Translations under genes and position numbers: made by a program
In this document: piece after piece, positions 1-14,760 of the stretch
Numbering within the stretch: the first letter of the stretch is position 1
Layout of the letters: each line of letters starts with the position of its first letter
Notes under the pieces: generated by a model
Databases searched by the model: none
The model's input: only the letters and a program-made list of their open reading frames with translations
Told to the model about the DNA's origin: nothing
Assembly: GCA_963813075.1 (NCBI GenBank)
Contig: CAWEXU010000013.1
Span: forward strand, 1 to 64,000
Direction: 5' to 3'
Length of the DNA: 64,000 nucleotides
Source of the DNA: Methanotrichaceae archaeon
GTDB taxonomy: Archaea > Halobacteriota > Methanosarcinia > Methanotrichales > Methanotrichaceae

Positions 1-3000
1 AGACCCAGTACGTAATTCGCCGTCACTTCCTTCGACGAATCCATCGTCACAGTACACGCACCCGTACCGCTGCACGCACCCGACCATCCCGTAAACGCGT
101 AATCCCCTATACCCGTCTGCGTCACCGGCACCTCGTACCCGCCGTATACCACGTCGTACCCGCGGGACTCACCGTCCCCGCATCGCCGGCCCCGTCTCGT
201 CGTCAACCCGTTCTTCTTCACGTACCTCGCGGTCTACGTCTTCGGTGTGCTCCCACCCTGGACTAGCGCAGCAGTGACGTGCTCTCGTCCTCCCACTCCA
301 CGAACTCGTATCGGATACCCCCCACCACCTGCGGCGTCGATGCCTACAGGTAATGGTAGCTCCCAGGAGCCCGCCCGCGTTCAGACCCGCCGTCGGCAGC
401 GTGTGCGTCAAACTCCACCGCGTCTCATCCCCACCGCCGGGTCCGTCGTCATCGTGTTCGATACGTCAAAGCCCGCCGTCGCCGTCCTCGGCCCATTCAT
501 CACCAACGGCGACGGATTCGCCTGTCCGGTCAATGCACCGTCCAGCCCGCAAAGCAAACCGCGAGACGCGCCCGCCGTCAACTGCACTGCGTCCTCCGCT
601 CTCGTACCACCGGCTCCGTCACAACCTCACCCTACGGCGCCGGCGTCACACGTCCCGATCCGAGTCGTCACGCCCGTCGTAACTGGTCCTGCGTCGTAAA
701 GTTCACCGTGCACGTCGCCCTCGTCTCCGGCACCGTCCCGTGTGCGTCTGATCTCCGCGATGGCTCCAGCCCTCGTACACGTATCGCGTCCCGTCGTCCC
801 CGCCTGCGGAGACGTCACGCCTATCGTGTGCGTGCTCCCGGGTATCCACGTGAACGTCTTCGGCGACGTGTACGTCTGACCGTCCACCGTCACCTGGCGC
901 CCCGCGGGATTCGTCTGAACCGTGTATTCAGACCCAAGTACGTAATTCGCCGTCACTTCCTTCGACGAATCTATCGTCACCAGACACGCGCCCGTACCGC
1001 TGCACGCACCAGACCATCCCGTAAACGCGTAATCCCCTATCCCCGTCTGCGTCACAGGAACCGTCGTACCCGCCGTCCACCACGTCGTCCCCCGGACGTC
1101 ACCGTACCGGCACCCGCGGGCACCGTCTTCGTCGTCAACCCGTACTTCGTCGCGTACCTGGCCGTATACGTCTTGGGCGTCGCTCCCCCCTGTACCAGTC
1201 GCAGACGCCGTGCTCCCGTCCTCCCACTCCACAAACTCGTACTGAACACCACCTACCACCTGCGGCGTCGATGCACACAGATAATGGTAACTCCCCGGCG
1301 TCCAGCCCCACGTTCTGAGGCGGCGGAGCGTGTAGGTCACCCAGTCGATCCCCATCTGCATCCCTACCGCCGGGATCCGTCGTCACCGTGTTCGATACGT
1401 CAAAGCCGCGCCGTCGCATCCGCGGCCCGTTCATCACCAATGTCCAGGGATTCGTCATCCCGGTCAATGCCCCGTCCAGCCCGCAAAGGCAAAGCCCGAC
1501 AGAAGCCCCGCCGTCAACTGTACCTGCGCTCCCGCTCCCGTACCAGAGCCTCCCGCCTCGCCCTGCGGCGCCGGCGTCACCGTCCCGCCGCCAACTGGAC
1601 TCACCCCGGTCGTCAACTGGTACTGCGTCGTAAAATTCACCGTGTACGTCGCCCCCGTCTGGGGAACCGTCACCGTGTGCGTCTGAGTACCACCGTCGCT
1701 CCAGCCTGGTACACATAACGCGTACCCGTCGTCCCGCCTGCGGAGACGCAACGCCTATCGTGTGCGTGCTCCCGGGTATCCACGTGAACGTCTTAGGCGC
1801 CGTGTACGTCTGACCGTCCACCGTCACCTGGCGCCCACGGGATTCGTCTGAACCGTGTACTTCAGACTCCAAGTACGTTAATTCGCCGTCACTTCCTTCG
1901 ACGAGCTCATCGCACCGACACGCGCCCGTACCGCTGCACGCCCCGGACCATCCCGTAAACGCGTACTCCCCTATCCCCGTCTGCGTCACCGGAACCGTCG
2001 ATACCCGCCGTCCACCACGTCGTACCCCAGGCGTCACCGTACCGGCCCCCGCGGGACCGTCTTCGTCGTCAACCGTACTTCGTCGCGTACCTGGCCGTAT
2101 ACGTCTTGGGCGTCGCTCCCACCCTGTACCAGCCGCAATAACCCCGTGCTCCCGTCCTCCCACTCCACAAACTCGTACTGAACGCCACCCAACCACCTGC
2201 GGCGTCGATGCATATAGATAATGGTAACTCCCAGGCGACCAGCCCACGTTCTGAGGCCAGCCGTGGAGCGTCTGGGTCACAGATTCGATACCGCATCTGC
2301 ATCCCTACCGCGGGTTCCGTCGTCACCGTGTTCGATACGTCAAACCCCGCCGTCGCCGTCCTCGGCCCGTTCATCACCAATGGCGACGGGATTCGTCAAT
2401 CCCGTCAATGCCCCGTCCAACCCGCAAACGCAAACCCCGACGACGCCCCCGCCGTCAACTGTACCGTCACCCCGCTCCCGTACCACCGCGCGCCTCCAAC
2501 ACCTCGCCCAGCGGCGCCGGCGTCACCGTACCCGACCCCGATGGACGTCACCCCCGTCGTCAACTGGTACTGCGTCGTAAAGTTCACCGTGTACGTCGCC
2601 CCGTCTGCGGAACCGTCACCGTGTGCGTCTGAGCACCGCCATCGCTCCAGCCCTGGTACACATAACGCGTACCCGCCGTCCCCGCCTGAGGTGACGCAAC
2701 ACCTATCGTATGCGTGCTCCCGGGTATCCACGTGAACGTCTTAGGCGCCGTGTACGTCTGACCGTCCACCGTCACCTGGCGGCCCGCAGGGTTCGTCTCA
2801 ACCGTGTACTTCAGACCCAGTACGTAGTTCGCCGTCACTTCCTTCGACGAATCCATCGTCACCGAACACGGCACCCGTCCCGCTGCACGCACCCGACCAT
2901 CCCGTAAACGCGTAATCCCCCATACCCGTCTGCGTCACAGGAACCGTGCACCCGCCGTCCACCACGTCGTACCCGCGGGACTCACCGTCCCGGCACCCGC

Positions 3001-6000
3001 GGGAACTCGTCTTCGTCGTCAACCCGTACTTCGTCGGCGTACGTCGCCGTATACGTCTTGGGCGTCGCTCCCGCCCTGGACCAGGCGCAATAACCCGTGC
3101 TCCCGTCCTCCCACTCCACAAACTCGTACTGAACCCCGCCTACCACCTGCGGCGTCGATGCACATAGATAATGGTAACTCCCCGGCGCCCAGCCCACGTT
3201 CTGAGCGGCAGCGTTGCAGTCACCCAGTCGATACCCATCTGCATCCCTACCGCCGGATCCGTCGTCACCGTGTTCGATACGTCAAACCGCGCCGTCGCAT
3301 CCCGCGGCCCGTTCATCACCAACGGCCCGGGATTCGTCATCCCGTTCAATGCGCCCGTCCAACCCGCAAAAGCAAACCCCGCAGACGCGTTAGCCGTCAA
3401 CTGTACCTGCGTCACCGCTCCCGTACCAGAGGCCTCCCGCCTCACCCTACGGCGCCGGCGTCACCTACCCGTCCCGACTGGCGTCACCCCGTCGTCAACT
3501 GGTACTGCGTCGTAAAGTTCACCGTGTACGTCGCTGTCGTCTGCGGCACCGTCACCGTGTGCGTCTGAGCACCGCCATCGCCCCAGCTCTGGTACACATA
3601 ACGCGTACCCGTCGTCCCCGCCTGAGGTGACGCCACACCTATCGTATGCGTACTCCCGGGTATCCACGTGAACGTCTTCGGCGACGGGTACGTCTGACCG
3701 TCCACCGTCACCTCACGTCCCGCGGGGTTCGTCTCAACCGTGTACTTCAGACCCAGTACGTAATTCGCCGTCACTTCCTTCGACGAATCCATCGTCACCG
3801 TACACGCACCCGTACCGCTGCACGCACCAGACCATCCCGTAAACGCGTAATCCCCGATACCCGTCTGCGTCACCGGCACCTCGGACCCGCCGTATACCAC
3901 GTCGTGCCCGCGGGACTCACCGTACCCGCACCCGCAGGATTCGTCTTCGTCGTCAAACCGTACTTCGTCGCGTACCTCGCCGTATACGTCTTCGGTGTGC
4001 TCCCACCCTGTACCAGACGCAGTAACGCCGTGCTCTCGTCTTCCCACTCCACAAACTCGTACTGGATCCCACCCACCACCTGCGGCGTCGATGCATACAG
4101 GTAATGGTAACTCCCCGGCGCCCACCCCACATTCAGACCCGCCGTCGGAAGCGTCTGCGTCACAAACTCCACCGACATCTGCATCCCTACCGCGGGGTCC
4201 GTCGTGATCGTGTTCGATACGTCAAAGCCCGCCGTCGCCGTCTTCGGCCCGTTCATCACCAACGGCGAAGGATTCGTCAATCCGGTCAACGCCCCGCTCC
4301 AGCCCGCAAACGCAAACCCCGATGACGCCCCCGCCGTCAACTGTACCGTCACTCCGCTGTCGTACCACCGAGCGCCGTCAACGACCTCACCCAACGGCGC
4401 CGGCGTCACACTACCCGATCCGATGGCGTCACTCCCGTCGTCAACTGGTACTGCGTCGTAAAGTTCACCGTGTACGTCGCTGTCGTCTGCGGCACCGTCA
4501 CCGTGTGCGTCTGAGCACCGCCATCACCCCAGCCCTGGTACACATAGCGCGTACCCGCCGTCCCCGCCTGAGGTGACGCAACACCGATCGCATGCGTACT
4601 CCCGGGTATCCACGTGAACGTCTTCGGAGACGGGTACGTCTGACCGTCCACCGTCACCTCACGTCCCGCGGGGTTCGTCTCAACCTTGTACTTCAGACCC
4701 AGTACGTAATTCGCCGTCACTTCCTTCGACGAATCCATCGTCACAGTACACGCACCCGTACCGCTGCACGCACCCGACCATCCCGTAAACGCGTAATCCC
4801 CGATACCCGTCTGTGTCACCGGCACCTGAGACCCGTCCGTATACCACGTCGAGCCCGCGGGACTCACCGTCCCCGCACTCGCCGGATTCGTCTTCGTCGT
4901 CAACCCGTACTTCGTCGCGTACCTCGCCGTATACGTCTTCGGTGTGCTCCCACCCTGGACCAGACGCAGCAGCGACGTGCTCTTGTCCTCCCACTCCACA
5001 AACTCGTATCGGATACCACCCACCACCTGCGGCGTCGATGCCCACAGGTAATGGTAACTCCCCGGCGCCCACCCCACATTCAGACCCGCCGTCGGAAGCG
5101 TCTGTCACAAACTCCACCGACATCTGCATCCCTACCGCGGGGTCCGTCGTGATCGTGTTCGATACGTCAAAGCCCGCCGTCGCCGTCTTCGGCGAGTTCA
5201 TCACCAACGGCGCGGGATTCGTCATCCGGTCAATCGCCGCCGCTCCAGCCCGCAAACGCAAACCCGCAGACGCGCCGCCGTCAACTGTACCGTCGCTCCG
5301 CTGTCGTACCGCCAGCCGTCGGCACGCCTCGCCCGGCGGCGCCGGCGTCACTACCCGATCGCCGATGGACGTCACTCCCGTCGTCAACTGGTACTGCGTC
5401 GTAAAGTTCACCGTGTACGTCGCTGTCCGTCTGCGGCACCGTCACCGTGTGCGTCTGAGCACCGCCATGCCCCCAGCCCTGGTACACATAGCGCGTACCC
5501 GCCGTCCCCGCCTGAGGTGACGCAACACCGATCGTATGCGTACTCCCGGGTATCCACGTGAACGTCTTCGGAGACGGGTACGTCTGACCGTCCACCGTCA
5601 CCTCACGTCCCGCGGGGTTCGTCTCAACCTTGTACTTCAGACCCAGTACGTAATTCGCCGTCACTTCCTTCGACGAATCCATCGTCACAGTACACGCACC
5701 CGTACCGCTGCACGCACCCGACCATCCCGTAAACGCGTAATCCCCGATACCCGTCTGTGTCACCGGCACCTGAGACCCGTCCGTATACCACGTCGAGCCC
5801 GCGGGACGTCACCGTCCCGCATTCGCCGGATTCGTCTTCGTCGTCAAACCGTACTTCTTGGCATACTTCGCCGTATACGTCTTCGGTGTGCTCCCACCCT
5901 GGACCAGACGCAGCAGCGACGTGCTCTTGTCTTCCCACTCCACAAACTCGTAACGGATGCCACCCACCACCTGCGGCGTCGATGCCCACAGGTAATGGTA

Positions 6001-9000
6001 ACTCCCCGGCGCCCACCCCACATTCAGACCCGCCGTCGGAAGCGTCTGCGTCACAAACTCCACCGACATCTGCATCCCTACCGCGGGGTCCGTCGTGATC
6101 GTGTTCGATACGTCAAAGCCCGCCGTCGCCGTCTTCGGCCCGTTCATCACCAACGGCGAAGGATTCGTCAATCCCGGTCAACGCCCCGCTCCAGCCCGCA
6201 AACGCAAACCCCGACGACGCCCCCGCCGTCAACTGTACCGTCGTACTCCGCTGTCGTACCACCGAGCGCCGTCAACCACCTCACCCAACGGCGCCGGCGT
6301 CACACTACCCGATCCCGATGGCGTCACTCCCGTCGTCAACTGGTACTGCGTCGTAAAGTTCACCGTGTACGTCGCTGTCGTCTGCGGCACCGTCACCGTG
6401 TGCGTCTGAGCACCGCCATCACCCCAGCCCTGGTACACATAGCGCGTACCCGCCGTCCCCGCCTGAGGTGACGCAACACCGATCGCATGCGTACTCCCGG
6501 GTATCCACGTGAACGTCTTCGGAGACGGGTACGTCTGACCGTCCACCGTCACCTCACGTCCCGACGGGGTTCGTCTCAACCTTGTACTTCAGACCCAGTA
6601 CGTAATTCGCCGTCACTTCCTTCGACGAATCCATCGTCACAGTACACGCACCCGTACCGCTGCACGCACCCGACCATCCCGTAAACGCGTAATCCCCGAT
6701 ACCCGTCTGTGTCACCGGCACCTGAGACCCGTCCGTATACCACGTCGAGCCCGCGGGACTCACCGTCCCCGCATTCGCCGGATTCGTCTTCGTCGTCAAA
6801 CCGTACTTCTTGGCATACTTCGCCGTATACGTCTTCGGTGTGCTCCCACCCTGGACCAGACGCAGCAGCGCCGTGCTCTTGTCTTCCCACTCCACAAAAT
6901 CGTAACGGATGCCACCCACCACCTGCGGCGTCGATGCCCACAGGTAATGGTAACTCCCCGGCGCCCACCCCACATTCAGACCCGCCGTCGGAAGCGTCTG
7001 CGTCACAAACTCCACCGACATCTGCATCCCTACCGCGGGGTCCGTCGTGATCGTGTTCGATACGTCAAAGCCCGCCGTCGCCGTCTTCGGCCCGTTCATC
7101 ACCAACGGCGAAGGATTCGTCAATCCGGTCAACGCCCCGCTCCAGCCCGCAAACGCAAACCCCGACGACGCCCCCGCCGTCAACTGTACCGTCACTCCGC
7201 TGTCGTACCACCGAGCGCCGTCAACAACCTCACCCAACGGCGCCGGCGTCACACTACCCGATCCCGATGGCGTCACTCCCGTCGTCAACTGGTACTGCGT
7301 CGTAAAGTTCACCGTGTACGTCGCTGTCGTCTGCGGCACCGTCACCGTGTGCGTCTGAGCACCGCCATCACCCCAGCCCTGGTACACATAGCGCGTACCC
7401 GCCGTCCCCGCCTGAGGTGACGCAACACCGATCGCATGCGTACTCCCGGGTATCCACGTGAACGTCTTCGGAGACGGGTACGTCTGACCGTCCACCGTCA
7501 CCTGGCGTCCCGCGGGGTTCGTCTCAACCTTGTACTTCAGACCCAGTACGTAATTCGCCGTCACTTCCTTCGACGAATCCATCGTCACAGTACACGCACC
7601 CGTACCGCTGCACGCACCAGACCATCCCGTAAACGCGTAATCCCCGATACCCGTCTGTGTCACCGGCACCTGAGACCCGTCCGTATACCACGTCGAGCCC
7701 GCGGGACTCACCGTCCCCGCACCCGCAGGATTCGTCTTCGTCGTCAAACCGTACTTCTTGGCATACTTCGCCGTATACGTCTTCGGTGTGCTCCCACCCT
7801 GGACCAGACGCAGCAGCGCCGTGCTCTTGTCTTCCCACTCCACAAACTCGTAACGGATGCCACCCACCACCTGCGGCGTCGATGCCCACAGGTAATGGTA
7901 ACTCCCAGGCGCCCACCCCACATTCAGACCCGCCGTCGGAAGCGTCTGCGTCACAAACTCCACCGCATCTGCATCCCTACCGCGGGATCCGTCGTGATCG
8001 TGTTCGATACGTCAAAGCCCGCCGTCGCCGTCTTCGGCCCGTTCATCACCAACGGCGAAGGATTCGTCAATCCGGTCAACGCCCCGCTCCAGCCCGCAAA
8101 CGCAAACCCCGACGACGCCCCCGCCGTCAACTGTACCGTCACTCCGCTGTCGTACCACCGAGCGCCGTCAACAACCTCACCCAACGGCGCCGGCGTCACA
8201 CTACCCGATCCCGATGGCGTCACTCCCGTCGTCAACTGGTACTGCGTCGTAAAGTTCACCGTGTACGTCGCTGTCGTCTGCGGCACCGTCACCGTGTGCG
8301 TCTGAGCACCGCCATGCCCCCAGCCCTGGTACACATAGCGCGTACCCGCCGTCCCCGCCTGAGGTGACGCAACACCGATCGCATGCGTACTCCCAGGTAT
8401 CCACGTGAACGTCTTCGGAGACGGGTACGTCTGACCGTCCACCGTCACCTCACGTCCCGCGGGGTTCGTCTCAACCTTGTACTTCAGACCCAGTACGTAA
8501 TTCGCCGTCACTTCCTTCGACGAATCCATCGTCACAGTACACGCACCCGTACCGCTGCACGCACCCGACCATCCCGTAAACGCGTAATCCCCGATACCCG
8601 TCTGTGTCACCGGCACCTGAGACCCGTCCGTATACCACGTCGAGCCCGCGGGACTCACCGTCCCCGCACTCGCCGGATTCGTCTTCGTCGTCAAACCGTA
8701 CTTCTTGGCATACTTCGCCGTATACGTCTTCGGTGTGCTCCCACCCTGGACCAGACGCAGCAGCGACGTGCTCTTGTCTTCCCACTCCACAAACTCGTAA
8801 CGGATGCCACCCACCACCTGCGGCGTCGATGCCCACAGGTAATGGTAACTCCCCGGCGCCCACCCCACATTCAGACCCGCCGTCGGAAGCGTCTGCGTCA
8901 CAAACTCCACCGACATCTGCATCCCTACCGCGGGGTCCGTCGTGATCGTGTTCGATACGTCAAAGCCCGCCGTCGCCGTCTTCGGCCCGTTCATCACCAA

Positions 9001-12000
9001 CGGCGAAGGATTCGTCAATCCGGTCAACGCCCCGCTCCAGCCCGCAAACGCAAACCCCGACGACGCCCCCGCCGTCAACTGTACCGTCACTCCGCTGTCG
9101 TACCACCGAGCGCCGTCAACAACCTCACCCAACGGCGCCGGCGTCACACTACCCGATCCCGATGGCGTCACTCCCGTCGTCAACTGGTACTGCGTCGTAA
9201 AGTTCACCGTGTACGTCGCTGTCGTCTGCGGCACCGTCACCGTGTGCGTCTGAGCACCGCCATGCCCCCAGCCCTGGTACACATAGCGCGTACCCGCCGT
9301 CCCCGCCTGAGGTGACGCAACACCGATCGTATGCGTACTCCCAGGTATCCACGTGAACGTCTTCGGAGACGGGTACGTCTGACCGTCCACCGTCACCTCA
9401 CGTCCCGCGGGGTTCGTCTCAACCTTGTACTTCAGACCCAGTACGTAATTCGCCGTCACTTCCTTCGACGAATCCATCGTCACAGTACACGCACCCGTAC
9501 CGCTGCACGCACCCGACCATCCCGTAAACGCGTAATCCCCGATACCCGTCTGTGTCACCGGCACCTGAGACCCGTCCGTATACCACGTCGAGCCCGCGGG
9601 ACTCACCGTCCCCGCATTCGCCGGATTCGTCTTCGTCGTCAAACCGTACTTCTTGGCATACTTCGCCGTATACGTCTTCGGTGTGCTCCCACCCTGGACC
9701 AGACGCAGCAGCGACGTGCTCTTGTCTTCCCACTCCACAAACTCGTATCGGATACCACCCACCACCTGCGGCGTCGATGCCCACAGGTAATGGTAACTCC
9801 CCGGCGCCCACCCCACATTCAGACCCGCCGTCGGAAGCGTCTGCGTCACAAACTCCACCGACATCTGCATCCCTACCGCGGGGTCCGTCGTGATCGTGTT
9901 CGATACGTCAAAGCCCGCCGTCGCCGTCTTCGGCCCGTTCATCACCAACGGCGAAGGATTCGTCAATCCGGTCAACGCCCCGCTCCAGCCCGCAAACGCA
10001 AACCCCGACGACGCCCCCGCCGTCAACTGTACCGTCACTCCGCTGTCGTACCACCGAGCGCCGTCAACAACCTCACCCAACGGCGCCGGCGTCACACTAC
10101 CCGATCCCGATGGCGTCACTCCCGTCGTCAACTGGTACTGCGTCGTAAAGTTCACCGTGTACGTCGCTGTCGTCTGCGGCACCGTCACCGTGTGCGTCTG
10201 AGCACCGCCATCACCCCAGCCCTGGTACACATAGCGCGTACCCGCCGTCCCCGCCTGAGGTGACGCAACACCGATCGCATGCGTACTCCCGGGTATCCAC
10301 GTGAACGTCTTCGGAGACGGGTACGTCTGACCGTCCACCGTCACCTCACGTCCCGCGGGGTTCGTCTCAACCTTGTACTTCAGACCCAGTACGTAATTCG
10401 CCGTCACTTCCTTCGACGAATCCATCGTCACAGTACACGCACCCGTACCGCTGCACGCACCAGACCATCCCGTAAACGCGTAATCCCCGATACCCGTCTG
10501 TGTCACCGGCACCTGAGACCCGTCCGTATACCACGTCGAGCCCGCGGGACTCACCGTCCCCGCACCCGCAGGATTCGTCTTCGTCGTCAAACCGTACTTC
10601 TTGGCATACTTCGCCGTATACGTCTTCGGTGTGCTCCCACCCTGGACCAGACGCAGCAGCGCCGTGCTCTTGTCTTCCCACTCCACAAAATCGTAACGGA
10701 TGCCACCCACCACCTGCGGCGTCGATGCCCACAGGTAATGGTAACTCCCCGGCGCCCACCCCACATTCAGACCCGCCGTCGGAAGCGTCTGCGTCACAAA
10801 CTCCACCGACATCTGCATCCCTACCGCGGGGTCCGTCGTGATCGTGTTCGATACGTCAAAGCCCGCCGTCGCCGTCTTCGGCCCGTTCATCACCAACGGC
10901 GAAGGATTCGTCAATCCGGTCAACGCCCCGCTCCAGCCCGCAAACGCAAACCCCGATGACGCCCCCGCCGTCAACTGTACCGTCACTCCGCTGTCGTACC
11001 ACCGAGCGCCGTCAACAACCTCACCCAACGGCGCCGGCGTCACACTACCCGATCCCGATGGCGTCACTCCCGTCGTCAACTGGTACTGCGTCGTAAAGTT
11101 CACCGTGTACGTCGCTGTCGTCTGCGGCACCGTCACCGTGTGCGTCTGAGCACCGCCATGCCCCCAGCCCTGGTACACATAGCGCGTACCCGCCGTCCCC
11201 GCCTGAGGTGACGCAACACCGATCGCATGCGTACTCCCAGGTATCCACGTGAACGTCTTCGGAGACGGGTACGTCTGACCGTCCACCGTCACCTCACGTC
11301 CCGCGGGGTTCGTCTCAACCTTGTACTTCAGACCCAGTACGTAATTCGCCGTCACTTCCTTCGACGAATCCATCGTCACAGTACACGCACCCGTACCGCT
11401 GCACGCACCCGACCATCCCGTAAACGCGTAATCCCCGATACCCGTCTGTGTCACCGGCACCTGAGACCCGTCCGTATACCACGTCGAGCCCGCGGGACTC
11501 ACCGTCCCCGCATTCGCCGGATTCGTCTTCGTCGTCAAACCGTACTTCTTGGCATACTTCGCCGTATACGTCTTCGGTGTGCTCCCACCCTGGACCAGAC
11601 GCAGCAGCGACGTGCTCTTGTCCTCCCACTCCACAAACTCGTATCGGATACCACCCACCACCTGCGGCGTCGATGCCCACAGGTAATGGTAACTCCCCGG
11701 CGCCCACCCCACATTCAGACCCGCCGTCGGAAGCGTCTGTGTCACAAACTCCACCGCATCTGCATCCCTACCGCGGGGTCCGTCGTGATCGTGTTCGATA
11801 CGTCAAAGCCCGCCGTCGCCGTCTTCGGCCCGTTCATCACCAACGGCGAAGGATTCGTCAATCCGGTCAACGCCCCGCTCCAGCCCGCAAACGCAAACCC
11901 CGACGACGCCCCCGCCGTCAACTGTACCGTCACTCCGCTGTCGTACCACCGAGCGCCGTCAACAACCTCACCCAACGGCGCCGGCGTCACACTACCCGAT

Positions 12001-12740
12001 CCCGATGGCGTCACTCCCGTCGTCAACTGGTACTGCGTCGTAAAGTTCACCGTGTACGTCGCTGTCGTCTGCGGCACCGTCACCGTGTGCGTCTGAGCAC
12101 CGCCATGCCCCCAGCCCTGGTACACATAGCGCGTACCCGCCGTCCCCGCCTGAGGTGACGCAACACCGATCGTATGCGTACTCCCAGGTATCCACGTGAA
12201 CGTCTTCGGAGACGGGTACGTCTGACCGTCCACCGTCACCTCACGTCCCGCGGGGTTCGTCTCAACCTTGTACTTCAGACCCAGTACGTAATTCGCCGTC
12301 ACTTCCTTCGACGAATCCATCGTCACAGTACACGCACCCGTACCGCTGCACGCACCCGACCATCCCGTAAACGCGTAATCCCCGATACCCGTCTGTGTCA
12401 CCGGCACCTGAGACCCGTCCGTATACCACGTCGAGCCCGCGGGACTCACCGTCCCCGCATTCGCCGGATTCGTCTTCGTCGTCAAACCGTACTTCTTGGC
12501 ATACTTCGCCGTATACGTCTTCGGTGTGCTCCCACCCTGGACCAGACGCAGCAGCGACGTGCTCTTGTCTTCCCACTCCACAAACTCGTATCGGATACCA
12601 CCCACCACCTGCGGCGTCGATGCCCACAGGTAATGGTAACTCCCCGGCGCCCACCCCACATTCAGACCCGCCGTCGGAAGCGTCTGCGTCACAAACTCCA
12701 CCGACATCTGCATCCCTACCGCGGGGTCCGTCGTGATCGT
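1..12740. repeat. Tandem repeat, 948-bp (316-aa) unit, about 13.4 copies
   Basis: Equivalent ORFs recur at 8942, 9890 and 10838 (spacing 948); copies are near-identical from ~4 kb to 12.7 kb and more degraded below 4 kb. Confidence 0.95.
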
Positions 12741-14760
12741 TGTTACTGGATAAATTGCCACCGCCAATCCGGTGGACCAGACAGACACCATATTGGTATC
12801 CTGCACGCAGCGCGCCCTTGCCTTCAAGGTATAATTACCGGTCTGATCCCACACCAGAGACTGTGAGACGGCACCCCACGGAGACAGCAGTGTCCCGTCA
12901 CCCTTCAAATCAAATTGATACTCCAGCGCATGGCCTGCGCTTGAAGAAGCGCCTCCGGTTGTATAGGTGGAACCGACCCCCTGGCTGCCGGTGGCGGAAC
13001 CCACCGGCAGCGTGGGAGCCGTTATGGTCTCGGTCTGAAAATCGATGAAGGAGCCGCCGCCGAGCGCCACATTCTGCCCGCCGTTGAAGCTCGCAGTGCC
13101 GGCAAACAGTTTCCTTCCGGTTTCTCCGGCGGGTGGCGTCGCTTTATAGGAAAGGGTCCTCACCGTGTTATCGAAAAAAGGCCCCCATTTGACCTTCTTG
13201 TTGACGGCATCCCAGGAACCGCTTTCATTGATCTCACTGATGACCCACCCGGTGGGGGGCGTATCCTCTACGGCATAGACCTGGACGTTTGCGTCAGTCG
13301 TCACCGCGATGGAGACGGTGACAGGTGCTGAAGGCAGATAGGTTTCGGGTAAGGTCCTGACGGCGCCCGGACTTTCCTGAGAGGATCCCATCGTTTCGAT
13401 TGCAATAGAGGGATCGCCGTATAGATTGAAGTCAAACAGATTCATCAGCCGCGTCGCGGATTGGACATCTGAACGCACATCCACCCGGGCCAGACCCAGG
13501 GCCTTCGCCGCCGGATTGCCCTGGGAAAGCCTCCTCACATATTCGTATCCCATTCCGGAATTGGTGGAACTGCCGTCAAAGGAGCCGATCGTCGTATCCG
13601 TACTGTACCAGGAAACACGGGACGCCGAGACGGTGGCGATCCCGCCCTGTTTGAGAATAGCATATTGCAGATTCGTGCTGTTCTCCGGATATCCGTTGTC
13701 GCAGGAGGCTTGGTAGGTGAAGGCAGGACGGCTGTCGTTCAAGGAAGTCGTATAGGCGCTGTTGAAGAGAACACCGTCATTGCAGGAGGGACTGTAACCC
13801 ACCGTTGTGGAGGTTATACTGCCGTGTCCCCACCAGGCGACAATGCCGTAGGTGTTACCGGCCCAGCGATCGCGGACCAGTGTCCCCCCTCGGAGTTCTT
13901 CATTGGCCGTGTAGGCAGACGACAATCCGCAGGAATTATTACCTTTCTGGTATAATCTCCAATAGCCGTATCCCTGATTGGCGTTGAGATAGTCCTGGAG
14001 CATCTGTTCGGCCAGTTGCGCCCCGTCATAACCCTGTTCCTGGAATCCCATGGGCAGCAGGACGTTTTTCCGCCAGGCTTTTCCGTTGCTTTCGTTCTCG
14101 TAATTGATGGTCTTTTGGAGAATGGCGTCCAACGCCGCATAATCGCCATTATATACAGGGATTCTCCCGACATGAACTTCCGGCGAAAAATCCACGCCGC
14201 CCGGGGCGAAATCCGCCCATTCGCCGTAAATGCCGTTGCCGTTGAGATCCCAATTCCCCGTCAGATCAGCATAAAATGCATCGGTGGGTGATGATTTATC
14301 CTCATCGCCCGCCGCCAGAGCGGGGCCAGCACATCTTCATGGGGATGTCCCCTTCGCCCGATTCATAGGGGGTAGGGTCCCCGATGAGGAGGACATATTC
14401 GATGCCGTAGTTCAAATAATTGTTTATCAGCCACTGCCGGATCTTCTCGGCGCGGCGGTTGGGCGCCTGTCCCTGCAGGCCGTTGAAGTCGGCCTCGGTC
14501 ACCACCAGGACGGAGTGGCCTTTGGATTTCTTGTGATCGATGAATGAATTGAGCTTGGCGCTGCCGGCCTTTGTCGTACTGGAAGTGATGATAACATAGT
14601 CGTAAGCGCCGCTCGCCGCATCCTGGGCGCTGCGCGCATCCGCGGTTTGGGGGGTTCCGGTAGTGAGAGCGGACAATAGGGGCTCACCGTACCATTGGCT
14701 TGCGTCCTGAGCGTTGTAAAATCTCACCTGATCGGCGCCATTACCCCTCTTTGGTAATGT
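1..14760 (-). CDS. Giant C25-family (gingipain-like) cysteine peptidase with long tandem array of InlB-B/Flg_new-like beta repeats; truncated at both ends, several frameshifts
   Basis: ORFs 14302-14832 and 11742-14195 give YDYVIIT, YVLLIGD, EVHVGRIP, AWWGHGS (His), QASCDNG (Cys), NLYGDP typical of peptidase C25; downstream ORFs repeat YAFTGWSGACSGTGACTVTMDSSKEVTANY and FAFAGWSGAL motifs. Confidence 0.8.

Noticed and set aside
1..13048. Many Arg/Pro-rich plus-strand and alternate-frame ORFs in the repeat
   Set aside because: Shadows of the biased-codon minus-strand gene; they recur every 948 bp
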